IMG/VR virus record: IMGVR_UViG_3300042691_039521
Coordinates: 1 to 64,000 of that record
Length of the DNA stretch: 64,000 nucleotides
Origin: a virus
Direction: 5' to 3' (one strand)
Shown piece after piece: positions 8,620 to 16,766 of the stretch. The notes beneath the pieces were generated by a model. That model was not told the DNA's origin. It did no database searches and was given only the letters and a program-made list of their open reading frames with translations. The position numbers and the translations under genes were made by a program. How positions within the stretch are numbered: the stretch's first letter is position 1; the number at the start of each line of letters is the position of its first letter.

Positions 8620-9522
8620 ATGAATTGGTATAAATTTCTTAAAAGCATTTTTGGAACAAAAACGGCTGATAAACTAACCAATTATCAGTATTGGACAATT
8701 CCGATGGCGGAAAACATCGACCCCCCTCGTATTAGAGATAAGGTATCTCCAGATGGATCAATAAATTGGGAACCAGAGGTCGTTGATCTATACGTAGATT
8801 TTCGCGGTCGCCCTATGGCTGATGGTGTAATGACCGGTAATGCTGCTCAGCTAGGCACGGATCAGTATCGCTCTCTTACGTGGGGTTATGCAATTTGGGG
8901 TCAGATTGGAGCGCAAAATCCTGAATATAAGACTAGAATCCCCAGACCAAAGAGTGGCTGGTACTGGATAACTGGTCATCCGGTTCCATCTTATGATGAG
9001 GGTTGCATTATTACAGAGCCTCATGCAACCCAAAAGATCATTCATGAGATGGTTCAGTTTGATCCAAATCAGCCAGAGAATGTATTGTCAAATCAAGCCT
9101 TGACATGGGGCAAATGGGTTAATGGTGATCTTGTAGCCGGTAAATCAAGTTCTGCTACTGGTGGTTCTATATCCACATATTTATGGACTCCTTGGTCAAA
9201 AGAGAATCCTCACCGTTTGTCAATAGTTGTTTGGGACTATATTGGTGCCGATGGCACTTATGTAGACAAGGGTGTTGAGGCGGGTCGCCTCATTATGCTT
9301 GATCCAAATAGTGAATCTTACAAGAATATGGTTGCTCTTGGTGGAGAATGTGCAGCTATTGCAAAGGCTGCAGCAGAGTTTGGTGTGTTGGTTGCTGATC
9401 GTAGAGTTGGAGTAGCGACCCCACAGGGTGGTTCTTTCAGAATTCAACCCGGTGGTCAGTGGCAGTCCACGAACCTTAATCAATTAAAGATTAAGCATAG
9501 CGATTTCGTGTACGCAAAATGA
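8620..9522 (+). CDS. hypothetical protein (Trp/Gly-rich)
   Basis: 300 aa ORF, coupled to neighbours. Confidence 0.7.
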   Translation: MNWYKFLKSIFGTKTADKLTNYQYWTIPMAENIDPPRIRDKVSPDGSINWEPEVVDLYVDFRGRPMADGVMTGNAAQLGTDQYRSLTWGYAIWGQIGAQNPEYKTRIPRPKSGWYWITGHPVPSYDEGCIITEPHATQKIIHEMVQFDPNQPENVLSNQALTWGKWVNGDLVAGKSSSATGGSISTYLWTPWSKENPHRLSIVVWDYIGADGTYVDKGVEAGRLIMLDPNSESYKNMVALGGECAAIAKAAAEFGVLVADRRVGVATPQGGSFRIQPGGQWQSTNLNQLKIKHSDFVYAK

Positions 9523-10418
9523 AAAAGATAATTATTCTTATGGCGGCAATTTTGCTTATTGTAAGTTGTCAACCTTCTCCGACAGATGCACGGCGACCAA
9601 AGCCTACAACAACAAGTAGCACCACAACATCAACTACTACCACAAGTATAACTACGACAACAATTGTCGGCTCTGATTCAACTGCTGCTTTGCAAGCAGA
9701 CTTGAATGACGGGTCACTGTTTGTTGATCGTCAGTACATTGTGAATGGTATGCTGAAGCCGCCTGCTAACTCCATTATTACTTTTGGAACAAACGGTTCT
9801 TTTGTTAGAACCATTATCCCCACAGCAAATACCACGCCATTTATTATGATGGAGCAATCTGGTGTTACTATTAGAAATGCTCGGATTACTGGTACAAATC
9901 CATGCTACTGGACAAATACTATTACATATAATCCGGCTTCGATAGGAGAAAAGTATTCTCAGTGGGCCGCTGCTTCAGAGGAACAGGCAGCGTTCTATGT
10001 CAAAAACAAGGCCGGAAATATTATTATTGAGAATGCTATAGTCCGTGATGTATGGGGTGATGCCGTCACCTTATTAGATGCTGGATCTAATATTACTATT
10101 ACCAATCTTGACGCAAGATGTCTAGGTCGCTCAGGTATCTCTAATGTGAATTCAGATAGAGTAACGGTAACAGGAGGAAAAGTATCAGGTGCATTTTGGT
10201 GGGCGCTGAATATTGAGCCATTTAATACTCGCGTGGTATCGAATTACCGTGTAAGTGGAATGGAAATTGGTTACTCTAGAAACTATTGGCTTTTTGTTGG
10301 TGGTCCATATTTTAACTGTCAAGTATTTAATGTAGATGCTACTGGAAATACTTTATTACCAACAAGCAGTAGACCAGCACAAGTAAATAGTTGTGCTGTT
10401 TCTCAGGTGAAATATTAA
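9519..10418 (+). CDS. putative lipoprotein with Thr/Ser linker and right-handed beta-helix (pectin-lyase-like) domain
   Basis: MKK-hydrophobic-IVSC lipobox; TTTSSTTTSTTTTSITTTT linker; NIIIEN/WGDAV/NITITN/RSGIS/NIEP beta-helix coils. Confidence 0.7.
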   Translation: MKKIIILMAAILLIVSCQPSPTDARRPKPTTTSSTTTSTTTTSITTTTIVGSDSTAALQADLNDGSLFVDRQYIVNGMLKPPANSIITFGTNGSFVRTIIPTANTTPFIMMEQSGVTIRNARITGTNPCYWTNTITYNPASIGEKYSQWAAASEEQAAFYVKNKAGNIIIENAIVRDVWGDAVTLLDAGSNITITNLDARCLGRSGISNVNSDRVTVTGGKVSGAFWWALNIEPFNTRVVSNYRVSGMEIGYSRNYWLFVGGPYFNCQVFNVDATGNTLLPTSSRPAQVNSCAVSQVKY

Positions 10419-10627
10419 TGAAAATCAAAACTCATTTTCCATTAGATTTGCCACATATACCCTTAATGCCAAAACATCATGTAGATAAAATTGTTAAAAA
10501 AGTTCTAAAAGAACAAGTTGGAAAAGTTGTTGAAATAGAAATTGATGGCGAATCTTTCGAAGCAACTATCATAAAAATTATTAAAGTAGATGGTGGCTTT
10601 GATACAACAATTGAATATGAAGATTAA
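10418..10627 (+). CDS. hypothetical protein
   Basis: TAATG-coupled start MKIKTHF. Confidence 0.6.
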   Translation: MKIKTHFPLDLPHIPLMPKHHVDKIVKKVLKEQVGKVVEIEIDGESFEATIIKIIKVDGGFDTTIEYED

Positions 10628-10775
10628 TCCTCTTTAAAGAATTCTTCCCAGCCTTCTTTTTTAATTACATGTTCATATCTAACAGTAAAGCCTCCACCCT
10701 TTCTTGGTGTGAGGCTTCTTACTATTATCTCATAAACTTTTGGTTTCCCTGGCTGATCTTCTGAATCTGTTACTC

Positions 10776-11945
10776 TCAATAGTTGGTCCTTACTCCATAT
10801 CTCAAACTAAGATTTCCGCTCCAATCAGAGTAGAATCCTCCACCATTGTATAGATCAATAAGTTGTTGAAAATAGTTATCATATTTCCATTTAACAACTT
10901 CTGTTGAAAAATTATTAACTGCATACTTTCTTACGTCTGCTGGCCGCAAATGACTAGCATATTCCGCTGCCTTTGTGGCTTCTCCTATTGTTCTAAACCT
11001 GAAGCCGGAAATATCTGGAATCACTGTTTCAGTAAAAGCTCCAAAATCTGAAGCGACAACCGGAGTTCCGCAGAGCATTGATTCAATTGAAACACCACCA
11101 AAGGGTTCAATATATGTTGTAGGCACGAAAGTTGCCAAAGCTCCACCCATTAACTGAGAACGCTGTGCTGGTTCAACGGAACCAATATGTTCGATATGAT
11201 CACCCTCATATCTCATTCCATCTTCAGCCACAACATAACCATCACCTTGCTCAAGAACGCCTTGTCCAGCCATGATAAGCTTTTTACCAAGTCGCCTAGT
11301 GGCCTCAACAGCTATTTCGGCTCCTTTTCGCTGTATGAGTCTACCAATAAAAAGGTAGTAATCTTCTTTATTTAATTGTAATTCAAAATCATTTAGATCA
11401 AAATAATTTGGAATTACAGAATCATAGAATTTACCATCGTCTGTATGAAGACTACCATAAACCCAATGCATGTGAGAATATGATTCGAAAACTTTAAAGT
11501 TTGCAAATACACCAGTATAACCTATACCATATTCTACAACTATTGCGTCAGGAAAAGCATCTGCTATTTGTTTTTGACAATGCCCAGCGATTAGGCAAAT
11601 AATATCATTTTTTTGATATCTTTTTCGAATTTCTTCAATAGCTTTATTATTACCTTTCACCCAATGTTCATCACCTGGATTCCAAGTAATATTATAGAAT
11701 TTAGTCTTATAGTCGTGGTTGCCGAACCATTTCTCTTGGTCCGCATCTGAATAAATGGTAATATGTTCTTTTGCATCCATCTCTGGATGCTCGCCATGAT
11801 ATGAGTATATATCATATCCAATAGACGCCATCATATTACAAAAATTATAGTGCTTCATCGTGTAAGCACAAAGAGAATGTTTTTTACTTGCCTGTGTATG
11901 AGGGAGTCCTACAACATGTAGGCCAGACTTACCCAACATAAGCAT
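10776..11945 (-). CDS. GT4-family glycosyltransferase
   Basis: FIGRLIQRKG, EPFGGVSIESMLCGTPVV..DFGAFTETV GT-B motifs. Confidence 0.88.
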   Translation of the reverse strand: MLMLGKSGLHVVGLPHTQASKKHSLCAYTMKHYNFCNMMASIGYDIYSYHGEHPEMDAKEHITIYSDADQEKWFGNHDYKTKFYNITWNPGDEHWVKGNNKAIEEIRKRYQKNDIICLIAGHCQKQIADAFPDAIVVEYGIGYTGVFANFKVFESYSHMHWVYGSLHTDDGKFYDSVIPNYFDLNDFELQLNKEDYYLFIGRLIQRKGAEIAVEATRRLGKKLIMAGQGVLEQGDGYVVAEDGMRYEGDHIEHIGSVEPAQRSQLMGGALATFVPTTYIEPFGGVSIESMLCGTPVVASDFGAFTETVIPDISGFRFRTIGEATKAAEYASHLRPADVRKYAVNNFSTEVVKWKYDNYFQQLIDLYNGGGFYSDWSGNLSLRYGVRTNY

Positions 11946-12159
11946 CTACAACAATGCCGTCTTCTATTTGCATTGAAACACGGTCATCTTTTGTATCAGT
12001 ATTTCTAATGAAAAATTCGTTATCTTTTCTTGTAATGCGCCAAAAATATTGATTCTTTTCAATCACATTTTTAGCATCCTGTTCTTTTAATCCAATTATT
12101 GATGATGGTCTAAAAATTCTCATATCTTTCCTTATATCATATGTCGTAATTGTTTCCAA
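11929..12159 (-). CDS. small protein resembling potato inhibitor I / I78 peptidase inhibitor fold
   Basis: IIGLKEQDAK...RI...TD...RVSMQIEDGIVVDAYVG pattern. Confidence 0.5.
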   Translation of the reverse strand: METITTYDIRKDMRIFRPSSIIGLKEQDAKNVIEKNQYFWRITRKDNEFFIRNTDTKDDRVSMQIEDGIVVDAYVG

Positions 12160-12920
12160 CCGTTAAGATTTCCCTGCGGAGCAAACATTCCGGCTGGTGT
12201 TGCAATCATTTCATATGGAGCATAATGTTTAGGATCTGCATTAAAAAGTCTTTCTTCTAGTTCAAGATCTTTTTCTATATCCCATCCACCCTGGTTGCCA
12301 TATGATGTTTTTGCTACCCTAGCCACAGAAGCCTTTTTTAATAGCTCTATAGTGTATTCACTTTTCTCTTGTTCGGTAATATATGGTAGATGCCACTCAC
12401 CAACTTCTACAAGTTTTGGTTCAGAATTTTCAAGAGCTTCTTTTATTTTCTCTGCCAATACCTTAAATTCTGGTTGAGCATCTGAATGTATGCGTTGCCG
12501 AAACATGTTTTCCCAATCTACAGAAGATATAACGTTTGTTTGCCATAGATATGGTTCTAATATTCTTGCTGCCGTTTGTTTGTGCACATTCATTTTTTGT
12601 AGATATGTTGCATAATCTACCGCAGCGTTTGCTGATTCTATCCAAACAGATTCAGCTTCTATTCTTTCTTCTTCGCTGAGTTCTTCTTCGGCTACCATGC
12701 CTCTTTGATTTTTACCCCAATATACGGGTATAGCTGGATTTTGTTTTACTTCCTTTATTCTTTTAGTTAAAGGAATAGCTCTAGAAGATTGTGCTGACCT
12801 TGACCACATTCTATATGTATTTACTTCTGGTAAAATGAAGCGATGAAATGTACATTCTATGGTTGTTAGCCTATAATCTTCTGGTGATATACTGTCAAGT
12901 ATAATAGTTGCATTAATCAT
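12132..12920 (-). CDS. thyX: ThyX-like FAD-dependent thymidylate synthase (phage long form)
   Basis: RLTT, RFILPEVNTYR..SR...SSRAIP, HKQ...R.LEP, R.HSDAQPE, WHLPY, S.AR.A..SY motifs. Confidence 0.75.
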   Translation of the reverse strand: MINATIILDSISPEDYRLTTIECTFHRFILPEVNTYRMWSRSAQSSRAIPLTKRIKEVKQNPAIPVYWGKNQRGMVAEEELSEEERIEAESVWIESANAAVDYATYLQKMNVHKQTAARILEPYLWQTNVISSVDWENMFRQRIHSDAQPEFKVLAEKIKEALENSEPKLVEVGEWHLPYITEQEKSEYTIELLKKASVARVAKTSYGNQGGWDIEKDLELEERLFNADPKHYAPYEMIATPAGMFAPQGNLNGWKQLRHMI

Positions 12921-13023
12921 CTCGTTTTAAAACATTCCAATTCTGTAGTAGCCAAATAGTAAATATCACAACACCTAATACAACAATTATATCAGAAATA
13001 ACATCTAACCACAATATCAGCAT
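12913..13023 (-). CDS. small membrane protein (36 aa)
   Basis: MLILWLDVISDIIVVLGVVIFTIWLL; TAATG-coupled start. Confidence 0.55.
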   Translation of the reverse strand: MLILWLDVISDIIVVLGVVIFTIWLLQNWNVLKRDD

Positions 13024-13490
13024 TATTTTTTCCTGTCGGGGGAGTGCCACGAGTCGGGTGCCTTCTGGCTTGGCGAGATGCCCCAGTGACGATCGGCGCA
13101 CGGCTGTTCCATGCTCTCGGAGTCGTCGCTCCCGCACGTCGGGCAGACCGACGGCCGAGCGGGGCGCACGGTGTCCTTCGTGCCTGAGATGCGGACGGCG
13201 TGGCGCAGTGCATCAGGCAGACGCTGGGCAGCCTCTCGCGCCTGCTGCAACCCGTCACTGATCGGCGTCTCCCCCTCGGGGTCCACCGACCCCACCGCAG
13301 CGGCCAGAGCGTCGGCAAGGATCTGTCGCACCCCGGCGGCGCCGGTTGAGTGCATCGCTTCCTCAACTGCAAGGGCGAGCGCCCGCAGGCGTGCGGCGGC
13401 GTCCACGGCCTCGTCCCGTTCGCGCTTCACCTCGGCGTAGCGTTCGGCCCAGTGATGCGGAGCCGGGTCCTCAGGCGTGGCGTCACTCAC
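13023..13490 (-). CDS. hypothetical protein in high-GC island (coiled coil + CPTC motif)
   Basis: ORF 13023..13595 trimmed to GTG 13490 (MSDATPEDP), GTGA-coupled, preceded by AAGGAGAGGG. Confidence 0.6.
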   Translation of the reverse strand: MSDATPEDPAPHHWAERYAEVKRERDEAVDAAARLRALALAVEEAMHSTGAAGVRQILADALAAAVGSVDPEGETPISDGLQQAREAAQRLPDALRHAVRISGTKDTVRPARPSVCPTCGSDDSESMEQPCADRHWGISPSQKAPDSWHSPDRKK

Positions 13491-13632
13491 AGCGCCCTCT
13501 CCTTGGCGTAACAGGTCGAGCAGATGTAGGTGTTCCGCTTCGGGAACGGGCGCAGCTCCACGTTGAGTGGCAGGCCACGGCCACAGGTCCGGCAAGCGGG
13601 TGTGGCGTCACCCATCGGTCCCCTCCGCTTGC
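13032..13632. other. high-GC horizontally acquired segment
   Basis: 45/60 G+C in 13141-13200 versus 16/60 in flank 12961-13020; sharp borders. Confidence 0.9.
13487..13615 (-). CDS. small zinc-ribbon protein (42 aa, CRTC...CSTC) in high-GC island
   Basis: Hand translation MGDATPACRTCGRGLPLNVELRPFPKRNTYICSTCYAKERAL; GGAGGGG RBS. Confidence 0.65.
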   Translation of the reverse strand: MGDATPACRTCGRGLPLNVELRPFPKRNTYICSTCYAKERAL

Positions 13633-13880
13633 ATTGTTTCTAATGTTTTTAACTGTTCAGTCCAACCGAGTTCTTCAAGTTCTCTGAAGATTTTGCCGTT
13701 CATAATTTCGTTCAACTTTAAAGCTAAAGCATAGAAATCTTCAGAGTCTCTTTTCATTCTTGGTGTTTTGCCCTTATCGTCATTGACATAACAGTAGTTA
13801 TTTTTTAATGGAATGATCCGGCGCAAATCTCCAGACCATTCATATTCACCTTTTTTGCTTTTAGATTTTTTAGCACCCAT
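13608..13880 (-). CDS. hypothetical protein
   Basis: ORF track; first gene after promoter at 13917-13946. Confidence 0.7.
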   Translation of the reverse strand: MGAKKSKSKKGEYEWSGDLRRIIPLKNNYCYVNDDKGKTPRMKRDSEDFYALALKLNEIMNGKIFRELEELGWTEQLKTLETMQAEGTDG

Positions 13881-13916
13881 AATAACTCTTTCTCACGTAA
13901 ATTAAAGACGATACAT

Positions 13917-13946
13917 ATTGTAGCACATAAGCTATTCAATAGTCAA
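13917..13946 (-). promoter_or_regulatory. sigma70/SigA-type promoter (extended -10)
   Basis: Minus strand TTGACT-18-TACAAT with TGn extension. Confidence 0.7.
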
Positions 13947-13996
13947 GGAGAAAAGATGATTTATAAAGATCTTTACACTAGGAACGATAAGGGCTG

Positions 13997-14392
13997 ATGG
14001 ATCTAGCTCAGGTACTTGATAACATTTCTGAATCTTACCGGTTTCTTGCGGGCTTAAATGTTATAGATATTGACTTTGAATCAGGGCATTCCCTAGAAGT
14101 TTATGTTGCTTTGAGTCCTCATGAAAAGAAAAGGGGATTAGCTCATCTTGATTCTATAGATGCTGACGGAATGCTTTTCTGTTATGATACTCCAACATAT
14201 TCTCCTTTTACAATGAGAGATATGAAATTTGATCTTGATATAGCATGGTTTGATGCTTCGGGTGCCTTGATTGGTAATCAAACCTGGGTTGCTGGTTCTA
14301 AACTGCCAATGGTATGTCATCGCTCCTTTTCTTACGCTTTAGAGGTTCCTGCTGGAACTCTTCCTGTCTCAAACTTGAAGATTCATGGCTGA
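13997..14392 (+). CDS. DUF192-family protein
   Basis: VA.....KKRGL, DGMLF, FTMRDMKFDLDIAWFD, YALEVPAG. Confidence 0.85.
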   Translation: MDLAQVLDNISESYRFLAGLNVIDIDFESGHSLEVYVALSPHEKKRGLAHLDSIDADGMLFCYDTPTYSPFTMRDMKFDLDIAWFDASGALIGNQTWVAGSKLPMVCHRSFSYALEVPAGTLPVSNLKIHG

Positions 14393-14531
14393 AGAAAAAG
14401 ATTGGATGGATGATCATTGTTGCGCTGAATGCGGTGATCCTCACTACGAACCGTCCAAGGTGAAGGGGCTATGCATATATTGTTGCCCAATAGGAGTTCC
14501 TAAAAAGGAAGAACCCCAGCATTTACGCTGA
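14385..14531 (+). CDS. small Cys-rich protein (48 aa)
   Basis: Hand translation MAEEKDWMDDHCCAECGDP...GLCIYCCP. Confidence 0.5.
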   Translation: MAEEKDWMDDHCCAECGDPHYEPSKVKGLCIYCCPIGVPKKEEPQHLR

Positions 14532-14816
14532 GGTTCTGGTCTTTTTACCTATTGCTCTTATGGGTTCATATTTCCGTATCTGTTCCGGAAAAAACCAGTC
14601 GAACAGATGAAACGTTACCAATCCCCATATCAATATGACTGGCCATCTTTTTATTGGATGGGCTAATGCATACCTGAAAGATGTCGACATTGTGCAGTAT
14701 TGCTCTTTTCCCTTTCTTTCTTGTACTATAAGAAAGGTATCTGCGGTTACAACATAAATACTGAGTCCTAGCCAGCACCAACCTGCTGGACGTAGTTTAG
14801 TCGCTAAAGTCTTCAT
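14523..14816 (-). CDS. small membrane protein
   Basis: Two hydrophobic segments. Confidence 0.6.
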   Translation of the reverse strand: MKTLATKLRPAGWCWLGLSIYVVTADTFLIVQERKGKEQYCTMSTSFRYALAHPIKRWPVILIWGLVTFHLFDWFFPEQIRKYEPIRAIGKKTRTSA

Positions 14817-15036
14817 CTTCGTTGATGTAAAGATCTGAGACTACAGTTTTTCCTTGATATTTAATCGTTGGAAAGGGAATAACTTCTTCTAGCGCTTCTA
14901 TTGCTTTAGCAAAAATTACTATAGCAATATGTGGGGGGCAATTATCTAGGTCTATTCTGGGAGCTATTTCAGTTTCGTCCATGACTATAGTAATTACTGT
15001 TATACCAGTACCGAGGTCGTGCTCTTCTTGTGCCAT
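14797..15036 (-). CDS. hypothetical protein
   Basis: Start trimmed to MAQEEHDL after AAGGAG. Confidence 0.65.
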   Translation of the reverse strand: MAQEEHDLGTGITVITIVMDETEIAPRIDLDNCPPHIAIVIFAKAIEALEEVIPFPTIKYQGKTVVSDLYINEDEDFSD

Positions 15037-15073
15037 GAAGACTCCTTTGTTAGACCATATATTTAATCTAACG

Positions 15074-16234
15074 TCATGCATACATCCTTTTAAGTTTTTC
15101 TATAGAAATAAACTGTGGGTTTTCGCACGATCCGTTGTCTATATCATGTAGTACGATGATTCCACGCCAATATCCTGTACCCTGTGGACCCATGTAATGT
15201 TCTTGATGTTCATAGAATGAACCTGCTGCTATGCCAATTTGTTGTTTTTCTTGGATGTAGCGTGCAGCAAATTTTAGTCCTTGTTGATGACCCATCACGA
15301 AGGATCTTCCTATTGTTTTGAGTCTACCTTCTATTTCTCCACCGTATGGCTTTGATGTTGTTGGGTTATAGAAATAATGGGAGTAGGCTATTCCATCTAA
15401 ATCAACGATGTCAAGAAAATTGTGACGCTGCCAATCCATCGTATCACAATGTTCTGTGGTAAGTAAGCCATCTAACTGAATATCGTTTTCTACTGCTTTG
15501 TTGATTCTGTTTTCGTGGTTGCCGAACAGAAAGTGTTTGTCAAACTTTTTGTCGACTAGTTCACAATTGAGAGCTTTGAATCCTTCGTTGCCAGAGTTGA
15601 TGTCTGCAAGATATCTTCTTCCCTCCATATATCCCTTTCCTCTGTCATAGGAGGATAGGGAACCCATGTTCCAGTGGTCGCCTAGGTGAATTAGTCTCAC
15701 TACGTCATTGTCAACATGATCATTGATATAGGCGGAGGCCCACCATAGATGATCTATGGGCCTTCCTGGCTCTACCTGCGTGTCGGGAATAATGACATGG
15801 GTGACATTACCAGAAGATGATTTACTCTTCTTAGACGGCTTTCTAGGAGCCTTAGGAATGGATTGAAGTATTTCAACCTGTTCATCTGGTAACTTTGGTG
15901 TTACAGAAATAGAATAACCTGTTTTACTCAAGCTTATTCTTGTTATAATACCAAGATCCTCTGCTTCTTGAAGTTTAATATCTAAATCTGTTAAATCTAG
16001 ATCGCCCTCTTTTTTTTCTGTCCAGTTCCTTTGGCCGTACTTTCCCAAAGCTTTATAGGAGACTGTTGGCAGGTTATGTTCCTCAAGATATGTAATAATC
16101 TTCTTGGCTCTCATTCCCTGGTTTCTCCACAGATCTTCCATCAGGTCTTTATTTGGATGATCTGCTACTCCTGTTATTTTAGGCAAAATCTTTCCTTTCG
16201 TCGCAGCGACTGTCGTTAGAATAGATAACGACAA
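15074..16234 (-). CDS. calcineurin-like metallophosphoesterase with N-terminal extension
   Basis: IPDTQ, HLGDHW, GNHE, YSHY, MGHQQ motifs. Confidence 0.85.
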   Translation of the reverse strand: MSLSILTTVAATKGKILPKITGVADHPNKDLMEDLWRNQGMRAKKIITYLEEHNLPTVSYKALGKYGQRNWTEKKEGDLDLTDLDIKLQEAEDLGIITRISLSKTGYSISVTPKLPDEQVEILQSIPKAPRKPSKKSKSSSGNVTHVIIPDTQVEPGRPIDHLWWASAYINDHVDNDVVRLIHLGDHWNMGSLSSYDRGKGYMEGRRYLADINSGNEGFKALNCELVDKKFDKHFLFGNHENRINKAVENDIQLDGLLTTEHCDTMDWQRHNFLDIVDLDGIAYSHYFYNPTTSKPYGGEIEGRLKTIGRSFVMGHQQGLKFAARYIQEKQQIGIAAGSFYEHQEHYMGPQGTGYWRGIIVLHDIDNGSCENPQFISIEKLKRMYA

Positions 16235-16240
16235 GAAGAT

Positions 16241-16270
16241 ATTATATCACTTATCTTATTTTTCTGTCAA
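16241..16270 (-). promoter_or_regulatory. sigma70-type promoter, probably leaderless transcript of the metallophosphoesterase
   Basis: Minus TTGACA-18-TATAAT; TTG start codon at 16234 lies 6-7 nt downstream of the -10. Confidence 0.8.
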
Positions 16271-16272
16271 AC

Positions 16273-16301
16273 TTGACAGGAAGTAAATAGTGTTATATAC
16301 T
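16273..16301 (+). promoter_or_regulatory. sigma70-type promoter driving the structured non-coding region
   Basis: TTGACA-17-TATACT; back-to-back with the minus promoter (CTGTCAA-AC-TTGACAG inverted repeat). Confidence 0.8.
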
Positions 16302-16307
16302 TGAAAA

Positions 16308-16635
16308 CGGAAATAAGTTTAAGCTAATTTACGAGAGCAGAGTGTCGTACCTCTGTCGGGCATCACGACGTTTGTGAGGCACATTCATGTGTAGGGCTAG
16401 CTTCGTCCTTAAGCACCAGTAAGCACCCAGATATAGAATCCGGCTTGTAACGGCAGACCTGGAAAGCATCTTGAACACGGATTCTATGATACCGTGATCG
16501 CTCCAACGATTCGATGTTCCGTCCTGACGCTGTTCCGGCGTATTTGGTTAGGCTCCCTTCAGGTGATGGCTCTAAAAAGAATGACCAAATCTCTCTTATG
16601 AGAATGCTTTTTTTCTCATGAGGGGGATTTAATTA
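16308..16635 (+). ncRNA. candidate structured non-coding RNA (~330 nt), family not recognised
   Basis: No ORF >=60 aa; own promoter; at least 9 stems incl. ATAGAATCCG/CGGATTCTAT (10 bp), ATTTGGTTA/TGACCAAAT, and an 18 bp terminal hairpin with 3 G-U pairs. Confidence 0.6.
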
Positions 16636-16660
16636 TTCACCGCTTAGGTTCCAGATAAAA

Positions 16661-16689
16661 AGAATAAGTCAGTATGTTTGTGCTGTCAA
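16661..16689 (-). promoter_or_regulatory. sigma70-type promoter pointing antisense into the structured region
   Basis: Minus TTGACA-17-TATTCT. Confidence 0.55.
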
Positions 16690-16705
16690 TTCAACGGTTT
16701 GCGGT

Positions 16706-16734
16706 TTGACTGAGTGCGAATTTTGTGCTATAAT
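16706..16734 (+). promoter_or_regulatory. sigma70-type promoter of the phage sigma factor
   Basis: TTGACT-17-TATAAT with TGn extended -10. Confidence 0.85.
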
Positions 16735-16766
16735 ATTGTGTAGTTTATTTGTTGAAAGGAGTATTC

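Noticed and set aside
12992-13687. Several overlapping ORFs on both strands in the high-GC island
   Set aside because: Stop-codon scarcity at high GC; only the two coupled minus-strand genes have RBSs and fit the operon
16308-16635. tRNA, tmRNA or group I intron interpretation of the structured region
   Set aside because: No T-loop/CCA cloverleaf, tag ORF or recognisable intron core, and it does not interrupt a gene
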